Assembly (NCBI RefSeq): GCF_052425735.1
Contig: NC_135759.1
Span: forward strand, 8,804,001-8,868,000
Direction: 5' to 3'
DNA from: Oculina patagonica
Lineage: Eukaryota
Length of the DNA: 64,000 bases
Numbering within the stretch: the stretch's first letter is position 1; every line of letters starts with the position of its first letter. This document shows positions 11,044 to 24,230 of this stretch, in pieces. The translations under genes and the position numbers were made by a program. The notes beneath the pieces were generated by a model that was not told where the DNA came from, searched no databases, and saw only the letters and a list, made by a program, of their open reading frames with translations.

Positions 11044-13639
11044 TAAGCAATACACAAGTAACTCTATCGGCAGGAAACGAGCGACTTGGGGCAAGTCTAA
11101 CACTGACGTACCCTCTCTAAATTACTAGCTATGTGGCGTGCTGATTGTAGCTCAAGAGAGTCGACAGAGCTCCCCTTGGCTGCTATTCAGTACTTTCACA
11201 ATGCTTCTCTCAACCCAGGGGTACAAATGGGTACCGGCAATTTCTTCCGGCATCCTGACAAAATGGCTAAACACCCTATCTTTTTCCTTTTTGATCATAG
11301 TTTTCCAGATCACCAACCAATCTCGCTTTAATTAACTTTTAGACTTTTTTGCACGATAGTCCTTGTAGGGGAATCCTTGTTTACAAATTACAAGATTTGC
11401 CTTATCATGCATGGCATAAGCGCTTCAGTTTCTGATCGAGCTACAAAAGTATCAATTCTGAACATTGAAAGAACATGGCACGATAAACATTCGCTATGAA
11501 TTTGAGCCCGATATACTGTATTTAATACTTTGTGATGCGGGTTTGAAAACTCAAAATTTTACAAAGAATATATGGGTTCATTGGCGCTTTTCCCACCCAA
11601 AAATTGTGAGGCTTTTGAACACTAGTATCTCCTGCAATATTACACGCAAAGAACTGAAACTTTCGCTAATAATTAAGTTTCACAAGCTCTACGCAAAGTC
11701 GTATGCTAAGGAGGCAAAATGTAAACAATGACGTTAGCAAAGATTCCCCTACACCAATATATTAGTTGACCCTCCATACTCTAGATATTATACAGCTGGC
11801 GATTAGGAGTAATTTAGTTACTTAGTGCAGGGAGGATGCAAATACGATTTTCCCCAGCCACCTTCGTTTCTTCAAGTTTTTGGCAAAAAAGTGACGCTCT
11901 TTGCTGGGCAACTTGAGGCTATTATCGAAGTATATTTTATGTCACAACCCCAAAAAAAATATCCTACATCGAAACTATTGTATCATAATATCCACGAAAG
12001 ATTGATCAAATGAACAAAGACGACGCAACAGTTTCGTTGTGAGTTGACGCCGTTTCTAAAAGTTACCGATTCACTTTTAGAAACACAGGTATTATGAAGC
12101 TAACATTGACTTCTAGGCATTCGAAGATATACAGCTTAATATTCAGGAAAAATGCCTCTCAGTCATTTAATTTAATATGCTGAATGCATTATTTATCTAT
12201 CTAAATAACCGACATTCGCACATTTTGCGAAAAAGTAAAAATTCAAACTTTCGGTATAATGGAATACTCAGGATAACGAATTTTCGTGTATTTGGAATAA
12301 CGAGCATGATCACTCAGGAATTGTGCGACGCAAATTATTGACATACCGTATGCAATTAAAGTTAAATTGTATCAGTAACAAAGTTCAAGGAAAACAAAAC
12401 TCTCGGGCAACGACTTTGGGTTTTATCTGTTCTTCAAAACGATTAATCCATTGAAATAATGACTCATTGCATTTAGGGTCACTATTGTATACTCCAAGAA
12501 CCAATTCTAAAAAATTGTCATTGATATGTGTTAATTGGAATATGCACACTTAAATGCAATTTCATTTTTTCTAGATTCTATCTTAGCTCTTTTAAACCAA
12601 GACTGATTTCTACAAACAGTTCAAACGTTTTTTTCAAGCAAAGTCTTAAAATAGCCTTAAAATGTTTACAAATAATATTGTAGGCTCGTATAGTCTTAAT
12701 TTGTAGGGAAAATGTCAAACTGTTCGTAGATCAGGAATATTAATGACAATTGGAGTACACGCCCTCTTTAGGAGGTCGTGTCTTCGGGCTATTTTATATA
12801 TATATATTATATACATATAACTGCTATTTAAACACGTTAAACATTTTGCTTTGGAAAATTAATTTTCATTTATTCCTGTAATTATTTGTAAAGTTTGACT
12901 GGACTTGTCTTGTACAGTTATGTTTTATAATTTAGCCATTTCTCGTGAACTATGAATACTATATTGTATATGAACTATGAATACTATATTGTATATCCGC
13001 CGCTAAAGAGGCGACTTCATCTTGAATTAAACTTTTTAAATATTGAGCATCTGAGCCATTGTTTTGGCATACTTATCTGTTTAGGTGTTAGGTGTGTGTT
13101 CCATGTATATAATAAAAATAAGTTTTTCCCGGGTCGTGATCTAGCATGAAAAAATTTGAAGATGAGCTTGTAGGACAGTTTTAAGAGAAAGGAACATCGA
13201 CTACGTTATTAGCTGAGCATAATGTATCATACTTGAACTGTAAATATGTAGTTTACCCACCGTGATAATTAAAAAGAAAAGTAGCCGAAATTTATAACAA
13301 AAGTGGAGCACATGTCTGCCAGTTGAAACAGCATTTCTTACTCGCGTTGCAAATCTGGAAGTGTAGTTGGCTATCATGTGAAAGGAAAAGTAGTTATGCA
13401 CGCATTTCCTGCCTATGTCGTGTACAAAACATTAAGGGTGCCTTCCATTTTCAAAGTGTGACTGGTCGGACCAACTGGAACTGACCGTTTAAAATGGAAC
13501 GACATTTTCCGCTTAATTTAACTGGGCAAACCGAGTGGAACGGTCCTTTCCATTTTGGCATTCCTTTCCCGAGTTCCCTGCATCTGTGAGAAGCTACTGG
13601 ACTAAAGTAAGACAACTGAACAGTTTCAAAATGGAACGG

Positions 13640-14155
13640 TTGACCGTCCTTTCCGCTTTCATTTTAAAAGTCTTTCATGAGAAATAACTTGCAGTGCTTG
13701 ATATTTAATGATGGATTATATTAAACAATAAAAAGTTTTCTTTGAAAGACGGTTAGAAGGAATATCACGGAGAAGAAGGTTATATAAGAATATATTATTT
13801 CTGTTTCTTCTCTTTTTCACGGTAAAGCTCGGTAAGTACTTATAAGAATAATTTAATATGCTACCTACAGTAAAGAAAAGAAGTAAAACTAAATAATACA
13901 GTCTAGTTTCCGTCTTTACCGTGTTGACCGTCCTTTCCGTTTTCATTTTAGAAGTCTTTTAGAGGAATAACTTGCAGTGCTTGATATTTAATGATGGATT
14001 ATATTAAACAACAAAAAGATTTTTTGAAAGACGGTACAAAGGAATATTACGGAGAAGACGGAAATAAGAATATATTATTTCTGTTCCTTCTCATTTTCAC
14101 TGTAAGTACTTATAAGGGAGAACTTGCAGTGCTTGATATCTAATGATGGATTATG
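13640..14155. repeat. Diverged ~284-bp tandem duplication (2+ copies)
   Basis: TTGACCGTCCTTTCCG...AACTTGCAGTGCTTGATATTTAATGATGGATTAT starts at ~13640 and ~13924, with a partial third copy at ~14120. Confidence 0.8.
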
Positions 14156-17139
14156 TGTCACAGGCAAAAGGTTTTAATTTGAACAGGAAACGATAAATAT
14201 TACGGAAAATTCGGAAACGAGCGATTTATGCTCTGTTTTGTTTTAAATTTGCATCTTTTTGTTATTACAAAAGATAAAAATAGTAAGGGAGACCTGAAGC
14301 AAGTATGACTGTTTAATAAGGCAGTGTAAAGTGAAGTTTTATCAACATCGTAGAATAATAAAATTGGCATGGAAATGTTTTCTTTCCAATCTAAGTATTG
14401 ATAATCCAGCTGCTAAAATGCCTTTTTTTAATCGCTGTCCTTTGCTTTTCTAAAATTGCAAAAGGAAATAGAAAATGTACATTTTGTATTCGGTCAGGAA
14501 ATTTTACATTTTGTATTCAGTAAGATATTTTTTTCGACACGTATTGAAGCCTGGTTTCGATGGCATTACATGGAATCTGTCTTAGAAGACGTATGTATGC
14601 CTCAGACATATTCTACTTCAACACGTATTCGTAAAAAAATAGTAGAATTTTTCTTGAAAAACGAAAATTAACTCTGTTGTATTTCATTTATTTATTATCT
14701 CCAAAAAGGGTATAATACGTCAGAGCAGGATAATAGACCAGGAAATTGAGGTAGCCATTCATTCAAAATCTTGAAAATCATTCATATATGACCAGTTCCA
14801 AAATAGAAAGCAACTTATCTCGGGTGAACTCGACCAATCAGAAAGTGTCAAATCAATTTAGGCCATATCTGAGTCTCCAAACTGATGCATGCAGCAAACC
14901 CTTTTGTGTGTCGCATCAATACGAGACAAATCAGTTTCACATGAAAGCAAACGTACCTCAAAATATTTGGAACAATAACATTAACTCATATCTGTAAAAT
15001 CACAAGTTTGTGCCACATCACAGTGTAAGATGCAATTCTCTGATATTTGGCGTGAGCAGTAAAGATGGTGAGTGATCGAGTTCAAAACACGTTCAGATTT
15101 AATAAGTGCTTAGATATATAAACTAAATATTTTTCCTCAGCTTCGCACCATTTATCGACAACAAAGAAACTCGATGCAGCCATCAGAAACCTGAACAACC
15201 TGACATTTCAAAATTCATCTGCAAGGTACGAAAAGAGTACTAGTACCTGATGCAGGTATTGATAAGAATTTTGTTTATTTTTGGTGTTGCAAAAATTACT
15301 GTTAATAGTAATAATTGAAAACGGTCCGGCCAGTTACAAAACCCACTAAAAAAAATAAACAATTTGGATATATCTAAGTGGGTTGAGCCTGAGAAAGGAA
15401 AAAGTTTCTCAAAATCCTTTCATAATTTCGTGAACACATTCAAGCGCATTTAGTCCAATGTTTTTAGTGTCAGCTCAAAATGGACTTTCTTCCACACAAA
15501 TTATTTTAAACCTCGTCAAACGACGATTTTCTACATAATCTTATCAGCTAATGGCATTCCGTATTACCTTTATATGCCATTAAATGCTATTAAATGTGCG
15601 CTAATTTCCTTAGTTTGGTAGAAAATCTGTGCATGTGGTTGTTCATGTTACATCTCGAAAAATTCGTGTTCAATTTTTTTTTATCTTACGAAGAAAACAG
15701 ACCGGAAAAAACATTTTCCACTGCTCTATAAGATTTTCGAGCAAATCTCCGAAAGGATTGATAGCTAGTCCATGGTTTACGCTTGTGGGAGGTTTTTTCC
15801 CCTAGTTAGAGATATCTTTTTTAGATTGCACTTTTTCATTTGTGCGTGAACGTCTTTTTTGCTTGAATTCCGTTCAATTCAAAAAATGTTTGGATTTATT
15901 TTTGTACTATTTCGATGATCTTTCAAATATTAAAGCTTTGTTTGGCTGTTAAATGTGTGCTAATTTCCTTGGTTTGTTGGTAGTCGACACATAAAACAAT
16001 TTTCAAAATATCAGTAATTCGAATACTTGATATCGATTATAGACCCATCCTTACCAGGACAATTGCGACACACACAAAAAAAAACGCGAGCGAAAACTTG
16101 ACTCGGCTTAGCCCGAGTAGCTAACCGAAGGAGCCCATCAGGGGGTCAAGGGGCACCAAAACAGATGCATTTCTGCGCTCATTACGAGTAGGAAACTGAC
16201 ATTCTGAGATTTTTACGCTATTCAGGGACACACTTTAAGCAGCTCTTTATGTCAAAAAATGACCCAAATTACCCTCGGAATGTATGCCAAGTGTTAAACG
16301 ATTTCGTGTCCAAGGTTTCAGCTAGAATAGCGGACCGATTTAAATGATCATATAACCTTGTGATAAATCATGACCACTTTTGTATCGTGACAGAAGAAAA
16401 TTCTCGATTTCAAAAATTACTTAGAATTATTGGCCGTTCTAAGAGAGTAAAAATGCGAAATCTTAACTTTGAAACATGCTATATTCTTATTTGAAAAGGA
16501 GTTCTCAAATTTGCTTCTTTCATGGTACAGGTTTAAGCTCATCGTGAATCAACTCCTGAAATATAATTCCTTACTATTTACAGACTTGAGTAGTGCACGT
16601 TGTTGCAAACATTATCAACTCGGAAGGTCTTTTGAGCCGGCAATGTGTCAAAGTCCAGCGTACGCGATTCTGCCTTAGTGCGCATGCCGCTATTTCATTT
16701 AAACGTCACATACGAGTAGCGCGTCTATTTGACTTTCTCCCAGAAGACAAGAAAGCGGTGATCAAAGGTATATGGTTCTTGTTCAAATGGCAGCAGTTAA
16801 TGGCAGCAGTGATGGCTTATATCTCCCCTATTAACGACGACGGTTATTTTTATTATTATTTTATTCTCCTTGCATTATTGGATCAACTCCTTACATCATG
16901 CTCTTCCAAGGCAGAATTTAAGCTTTTGACTATGGACACTAACGATCACGAACTCAGGAGAAAGCGTCCAAAGAAGACTGCTGAATGTCACGCTAGTTCT
17001 TCCATGAATGTTCATGAGATTTTCTTGGCAACTATTTTTCTTAAAATACACGTCTAACAGACCGCCATATCGATCGAGTGGAATTGCTGCAAATTTATTG
17101 AATGAAATTTCATAAGAAAAGAGTTGGTTCAGCACGACT

Positions 17140-17380
17140 AATCGTTTACACTACACATTATATTCGGGCCGGGTTAGATTTTCAGGAATGCGTACCAATT
17201 TTATCCGTGCTCGGACTACCTCGCGACTAGGTCCGTGCACGGGTAAAATTATGGTTCGGCACGGGTGAGGCAAAGTCGTTTACACGACAAAATTTATCCG
17301 TTCCGAACCATTCTTTTCGGTACGCGTACCATTTTTACCCGAGGCGTACCAAAAATTTTCTGTCGTGTAAATAGGGCTTA
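17140..17380. mobile_element. Harbinger-like MITE remnant (GTTTACAC..GTGTAAA ends)
   Basis: CGTTTACAC motifs and the terminus TCGTGTAAATAGGGC-TTA resemble the element at 3899-4112. Confidence 0.45.
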
Positions 17381-17450
17381 AATGGGGCTTTAGGCCTTAC
17401 AAGATCACACAATTTGAGTATTTACGCTTTAACAGTCTTTTTTTTTTCAG

Positions 17451-18508
17451 ATGGCCAACATGAAAGCAGTTGACCAACCTCTCTACCAACAATCAGACTG
17501 CTCTCATCAACACCACAGAAATAAGAAATCGAATTTACGTTTTCACACCAGCCACTTTTACCACTAAACTCGTTATAGTCTTACTTTTGGCAATAGTTGG
17601 ATTTGTTGGACTTGTCGGCAATTTTTTCATCTATTACTTTATCTCTTTGAAGAAACAAAGTGTCTCATATTTAAAGTACAATCCATTTCTACGAAATGTA
17701 AACGTTTACATTAAGAGCTTGGCTCTTTCAGATATATTTTCTAATATGATTTCACTTCCTTTGATTTGTATTCAGGTTATGTTTGATGTATTCCAACGTA
17801 GCTGGGCATGCAAAATTGTTAGATTCCTCAACATACTGTTTGCTTCTATCACAATGAATAATTTGATAGTAATAAGCATTAAGATGTACTTGACAACTAG
17901 AGCCGTTCCTTGCACGTTCAGTCACAGTCTCTACTGTTCGTAAACTAGTTTTTAGCGCATGGATTGTAGGTTTTTTCTTTGTTTTAGGTCCAACGGCAAC
18001 ATTCAAAGGGATGAGATACGATCTTAACGATACACATTATACAGTAAGTTATACCATAATACAACATCTTATACCTTGTGTTATTTTAAGTTATCTTAAT
18101 ATTCCCGTTGCAAAAACAATGTGGACAAAACATAAGAGAAGAGTAGATATTCAGAGCGACAACGCCATCAGGGTTATTCTGAGGACTGCCACACTCCGAA
18201 GGACATATCTCCTTGTCGCTTTAACGTTTGCTTTCATCATCCCATATTCAGCGACATTTTATTATGCAACCTATGTAATGTTGGCGAAACCTTCACTTGA
18301 TTTTCAAGCAGACTTTATAACAAGGTGTGCTGGCGCTGTGCTGTTGTTCTCAAACAGTGCCATTAACTTCTTCATATACGTTGCACAGATGAAAGATTTT
18401 CGCGAATTCCTTAAGAAGATAATTATTGGTAATGACAATGCTGTGAGTCCAAATCCACCCGGGGAAGGGATTCAGCTAAATGCTTTTGTAATCCAAGGCA
18501 ATCCTTGA
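17451..18508 (+). pseudogene. Disrupted rhodopsin-like (class A) GPCR
   Basis: TM1 VGLVGN, TM2 SLALSD, TM3 WACKIVRF and TM7 NSAINFFIY are present. Lesions: the ATGs at 17451/17460 are out of frame with TM1; a frameshift at ~17920-17930 precedes TM4 (RKLVFSAWIVG); an apparent deletion at THYTV|SYTII removes the ECL2 Cys. Confidence 0.8.
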
Positions 18509-18921
18509 CTCTAGTGGACCTAAGACACCACCTCCCACCCCCTCTAAGAACCCGAAGACCTCCCATGTAAATATCACGGGGTGATAGTTCTTCAAATATG
18601 GTATCAGAATCTCATTTTGTGAGCGTGGTTCAAATTTATTTTGTCTCTGAGAGGTACCAATCTCAAAGCAAAATATTAACTGAAAGTTTTACAATTCGAA
18701 ATGGCGATAGACGATAGTTGAGTCAGTTTTAAACTTAAATTTCAACCAAATTTTATTATAGCTAACCTGATTAATTCAAGTGCTCATTATCATTGTAAAA
18801 TGTAACAAAAAGTGAGCAAAATAGAACAACTAACTTGAAAATAAACAAGTGTTACAGACAGCACAAAATTCTGTTTTACGTGATAGTTTTCTTTGTTAGT
18901 TGTAGTTCTGCAAGTGTTTAA

Positions 18922-19541
18922 AGGGACTGTGTCACAGATTTTAGCCAAATGTAGTGATGGGAAATGACCATCAATTTCGGTGAGATATAAAACATAACCT
19001 CTAAAAACAGTGAAGAAACATTTCAATAAGGGACGGACCATTATTTTTTTGGAGGGGGGGGATGAAAAATATTGAAAAAAGTTGTTTGCAGGGCCTGGAA
19101 AGACAAAATAAATTGTTTGCAAACACGATATGTATAACAAAAAATAGTAAGAATTTCGAAAAAAAAAGTTTGCAGAGGTGCATAAACTAAAAAAAAAGTT
19201 TGCAGAGAAAAATTTTTCATCCCCCCCCTCCAAGAAAATAATGGTCCGTCCCTAAAACAGAAAATACAAAAGAAGGTACGGATAGCCAAAGTGACTAAGA
19301 TTGAAACAGATTTCGATATGGGTTTTTGAAATAGTTGGGCTGAACAGTTTTTAAAGTTTTCAAAGTTAGAGTAGTTTGCTTATAACGCCCGGGAGATCGA
19401 GACACATTTGTTTGAAGCTATGAAGCTGTGATTTTGTAATTTAGATCCATCGAATTAATTTATCTGCAAACATTAAGTTTCATAGCAAGAATTAGGCAAA
19501 ACTAAATAAAATAAACTTAACTCAGCAGTGACACAGTCCCT
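18922..19541. mobile_element. Kolobok-like MITE (TTAA TSD, AGGGACTGTGTCAC TIRs)
   Basis: TTAA|AGGGACTGTGTCAC ... GTGACACAGTCCCT|TTAA; contains a nested element. Confidence 0.8.
19030..19252. mobile_element. Nested MITE with TAA TSD (PIF/Harbinger- or Zator-like)
   Basis: TAA|GGGACGGACCATTATTTT ... AAAATAATGGTCCGTCCC|TAA. Confidence 0.8.
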
Positions 19542-20271
19542 TTAAGGCCCTGAATCCAAGATCAATCTCCTGTCACTACTAAAGAAAGTGGAGTAGTGCT
19601 TAATCTTCTTTTTCGATGAAGTCACTTGTTTCCAGCTGGTAGGGTGGTAGTTCCTTTCTTCCCCCCCCCCCCCCCGCCGCAAAAAAAGAGCCGATAAATA
19701 GCTTTATTTTTTTATTATTATTTCCTACTAACAACTAATCGACTCTTTTTTATACTAGCAATGTTATGAGGTTTGCAGATACATTGTTTTAGTTTCTTTT
19801 GTTTCCCTGAAAGAGTTTGCCTTAAAAGTACATGTTTTCGATGAAATGATTGCCGTCATTTTATATAGTCACATTTGACATATTTGGAAAAATATTTACA
19901 ATTGTCAATTTAAAAAAAAATAAATAAACTGTTTGAAATTCAGCGACATATTATTGTATTTGGTGAAATATACAAAATCATTTGACATACTAAACAAAAT
20001 ACTTACAATCACCAATTGAAAAATCGAGAAAAATCTTTGAATGACGTGATGCAGCTGCAGCATGGCGACATATTTTGCTACATATTTACAATCACTCAAG
20101 AAAAATAAATTCTCTAAACGTAAGTGGCGCTCTAACATATTGGCAAATTATTTAAAAAAAAGTTATCCGGCGTCAGTCACAACGGCACAAATAGTGGCGT
20201 ATTTTTGTTTAAATATAAAAAAAAATCAGTAGCATATCAACATAATAATAACATATCTACAATTTATTTAA

Positions 20272-20584
20272 GGAGGCTCACAACGGTTTCTAGCACTTTC
20301 AAGCTCTTATACTTTGATGGGTCAGTACTACAAATCTTTATCAGTTGCTACTACAAAAATGATACCAAACGTATGTCCAATCATTGCTGAACAAGTTGTG
20401 GTTATTTTCATGACGTCACTTGTATAACCTGTTAAAAACACCCTAAATTTTTCTTTAAGCGCTTATAACTCAAAAACGAGCCCTGTGACCCCCATTTTTT
20501 TATTATTGAATAATGATTAGCATATTAAGATACATCTTTTAGCAAAAATAAAAAAAAATTCTCCGGAGTGGTTTCAGAGCCACC
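20272..20584. mobile_element. TTAA-flanked MITE (Kolobok-like)
   Basis: TTAA|GGAGGCTC ... GAGCCACC|TTTAA; short, imperfect TIR. Confidence 0.45.
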
Positions 20585-21987
20585 TTTAATTTTCGAAAAT
20601 CAACGACGGCTCTGAAACCGCTCCAGAGTAACCCCTTCGATTTTTCTTTCATTTCTCTCCTCTACGGCACCCCCTAACTCCCACCCCCCCCCCCCACCCC
20701 CACACCGCACAGTTCGACACTAACACCATTACGACTGTAATCTATTGCTCATGTATCCATTTATCACTGTGCTAGCCTACAGCGTGAAAGCGCACAACTA
20801 TCGTGGAACCTAGTTGCTAAATCATTGCGTGCTCAAATGCTAGGTTTAAGACTTCAAGTAAAACTGGTCGATGAAAATATAGAACATGGTATAGATTGTT
20901 CTTGTGTTGTCTAAAATATTGGAAATCGGTACTGTTCTTGTAAATTGCTGGGAAATGGGATTTGGGCACAATTTTGGCTGGGAAAATGAGATTTATACCC
21001 CCCCATCCAGGATCCTCTTTAATAGTAGGGAATAATTATTTGAAGCTTTAATTTTATTAACGCATTACAACACATAAATAAATTAAGAGCATAAACTTAC
21101 CTTGCTTCATGCTACAAGGTTGTTCTTTTTCATCTGTACAAACCGTTGTTCCCTGTGCCCTCTTTATATTCGTTTATTTCTTAATTTATTTTAGGGTTTA
21201 CATGTAATTTACGTCATATTATACTGGGGTTTCTTTTGGACAAGAGGCTATTATGCACTGTCTTTTTCTGGAATATTCCACAGAGATTATTTTGTTTCTT
21301 GCAATTTTTCTGAGCCAGTGGAAACATTAAGTTTGCAAATTATGTCCACTGCACGTGAAGGGTGGAATGAAATCCACAATTTCACCCCGAATCGGAAAAA
21401 CTATTTCACAATGTTAATAAAAAATAAATATTCTTAAACATTATATTTAATTATTTTAAAATTTTTTTGGGAGGCTCAAGAGCAAGTATTTTTTAGGAAA
21501 AAAATCAATTATATTCCCATCCCCACCCAACAGGTCACTCGATATTCTAAGGAGGGGGGGGGGTTGTAGATTTCAAATGCAAGACTTTTTTATGAAAAAT
21601 ATGAAGCTAAACAAGGCTGGGTTGGGGGGGGGGGTCTCAAACCAAAAACGCCTTCTATAATCAAGACATAGTTTGATTTCCATTGAAAATCTCCGAAATC
21701 TTTAAAAAAATTATGTTCAGAAATGAATGATCAGGAATAAACAAATGAACTTGAGAAAATGATTTTTAAAACTCTAATTTGTAAAGTTGATGATAATCTT
21801 CAGAAAATGGCCAGAAATCTTTGGCCAATCCTTTTATTCTATTGCAAGTTACCCATACAATTAACACTGTAATGGGTAAAGTATGGGATAAAATAGTTTA
21901 TATACAATTTTTTCTTTTGATATACTATGAGGGTCCCACTTGTGACTTCCATTTTTCTTTGGGTGTTTTTAATAAAAAAAAGTTACA

Positions 21988-22600
21988 CAGGGACCGCGGA
22001 GAGGGAGGGGCTAGGGGGGCTTTCAGTTAGCCCTCCCACGTTCTTACAGTAACATGAAAAAATTATAATGAATTTAAAAAAAAAAAAAACTACTGAAAAT
22101 ATTTTGTTTCTGGATGCCATATTATTGATTCAGTTTGTAAAGGACGAAAGTGACAGCAATTACTATTACTAAAATAGACTCGGAAAATGTTAAACTACTA
22201 CAGGATCATGCCCTTTAATAAAAACTGGCTTTTTAAGAGGGAGTGCCCTTCTCAGGAAAAAGCTAGGCCTGTTTCATCATTGGTCAGTTTCGATCCGAAC
22301 AAATGGGTTAAGTTTATAAGACAACACAATTTGTTTTCGAGCTCATGCTAAAGGTAATTAATTTTGTAACAATGAAAGTGCAGTTGTCTTTTCTGTTTTC
22401 ATTCATTAAAGAGCTGAACGATTGAATTCTTAAATTTCAAATGCTTTTTTCAGAATCCAAGAGAAATTGAAATCCAAATTTTCCCGGGAGAGCATGCCCC
22501 CAGACCCCCCTCCCCCCTGTTCCAGCTGGCTCATGCTTCCGTGTTCGAGTTTAAGGCCCCCCCCCCCCCCCCACCTCAAATACTTCCTGCACAGTCCCTG
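21988..22600. mobile_element. CAGGG-terminated MITE with 5-bp TSD (hAT5-like)
   Basis: TTACA|CAGGGACCGCG ... CACAGTCCCTG|TTACA. Confidence 0.7.
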
Positions 22601-22904
22601 TTACAGTATTCCACTCGCGCTTGTTGGATATGAGGTAGTTATAGCTGGCTATCTACCATCTCATATCAACGCACCCTCATGGAATAATTGTTATATATCC
22701 CCTATGTGACGAAATTTTTCAGTATACACATGATCCTATAGTGATGAGCAGCGTGTGTGCAAACACAAAATTGCAATATTTGAGCTCCTCGGCTGTTCTC
22801 GTTGTTACGAATACCAACCATATTTGTGGTCAATGGTATATGAGCTCATATACATGTACCATTGCCTGTTTACCAATCAGAACTTAAGAAAAGTTATTGC
22901 AATA

Positions 22905-23212
22905 ACATAAAATTCCGGTTATAAGCCCTGGGCATACAACTTCGTAAGGAGTTTTGTGTGGGCTTATAAGCAGAGGGGCTTATATGTGGGAGGGCTTCTT
23001 AAAAGCGAAATTAAAAAAATGTTTCTAAGCGAGCCACGGGAGTGTTGATCGAAATATGTTTTTTAAGTTTAAAATGCATAATAAAGCAAAATTATTAGCC
23101 CTGTTCAGTACTGTCATCCGACAGAGGGAGGCTTATATCCGGTTTCCAGGTTTCCTGTTTCCAGGTACATGGGCCTATAACCGGGGGGGCTTATAACCGG
23201 AATGTTATGGTA
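22905..23212. mobile_element. Tc1/mariner(pogo)-like MITE
   Basis: CATAAAATTCCGGTTATAAGCCC ... GGGCTTATAACCGGAATGTTATGGTA inverted ends with internal GGCTTAT repeats. Confidence 0.65.
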
Positions 23213-23624
23213 TACCATGGCTAGTTTTTAATAATTTTTTCAAGGTATACTAACTGAAGGTATTGCATTACTAGTATGTATTTGGCAGTTGGAGAATGAT
23301 TATTTGAAGCAAGTGTTTATCTACCCATGCGCACCCACTCAAAATTACTAAATTATATTTTTCACCCAACTCTGCATATCACAAATCATTGATGAATCGC
23401 TTTCTCCCTAGGAATTTCCAATAATATTATATGTTCCTAAACATGGGAAACTATCAGCTATCCCAATGTCCAATTCGAGTTAAAATCAAAGCAGCAATGT
23501 CTCTTAGTTTTAACAAAATTTCTGTAAGTAAAATGTCAGACTTTTGCCTGTATGTCTGCTACAAACTACATGGCAGTTTAATGAAAGCTTCGCTGTTGCT
23601 TCACATACACTTCTTCACAAAAGC

Positions 23625-24230
23625 TCAGTTTATAATATCCCAGGAGTTTCCAGTGCCGTGATCAGAGAAACTACGATTAATAGTGTCCTCAAATTCGTCA
23701 TCATCTTGCCTCCGTGAACGTCTAAAAGTAAGCAATCCACTTGTGACCAAAGCCATCAACATTAAAATTAATCCAGCGATCACCGTAATGAAGTACACGC
23801 GACGTGGTCTCTCGAGAATTCCACCAGTGGACTTCTTGTTCGACTTAAAGCCAATGATAAGCCCAATAAACGTGATCAACAGAAAAGTCGTCAAAAGGTT
23901 GGTGAAGAAGGTGCCATAGCGAAGAATAACTCGACAAACTGGAATACGCTTCAAGGTACATTCTCTGCTTCCAAGAAGTCGCGCTAACAGGAAAGATGTT
24001 GTGAATAAAAGCAGCAATCCGTTCACGATCGCAGCCAAGAATAACGCGAAAAAAGGGCAGTTTACATTCTTGTTGGAGGAGCCAGACTCGAAATCTGACC
24101 AGCAAGAGTTGTTGGCGTTCTTTTTGCCTACTTCCGCCTCGAGGAAACAGACGCTCAAAAAACAGGCCTCTGCAGCCAAAGACGACACACAGGCGACGGC
24201 AAATAATGCTCGTGGATTACAGTTTCCCAT
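23625..24230 (-). CDS. Uncharacterised single-exon four-transmembrane protein (201 aa)
   Basis: ATG-to-stop ORF with four hydrophobic segments, a Cys pair in the first loop, basic residues after TM4 (RRSRR) and an acidic tail. The region is non-repetitive and richer in GC than its flanks. Confidence 0.7.
   Translation of the reverse strand: MGNCNPRALFAVACVSSLAAEACFLSVCFLEAEVGKKNANNSCWSDFESGSSNKNVNCPFFALFLAAIVNGLLLLFTTSFLLARLLGSRECTLKRIPVCRVILRYGTFFTNLLTTFLLITFIGLIIGFKSNKKSTGGILERPRRVYFITVIAGLILMLMALVTSGLLTFRRSRRQDDDEFEDTINRSFSDHGTGNSWDIIN

Noticed and set aside
10503-11128. Overlapping ORFs downstream of the MMP
   Set aside because: They derive from a GC-rich MITE with homopolymer runs and show no protein features.
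16593-17057. 154-aa ORF upstream of the GPCR pseudogene
   Set aside because: Non-ATG start, no recognisable domain or splice support; probably repeat-derived intronic sequence.
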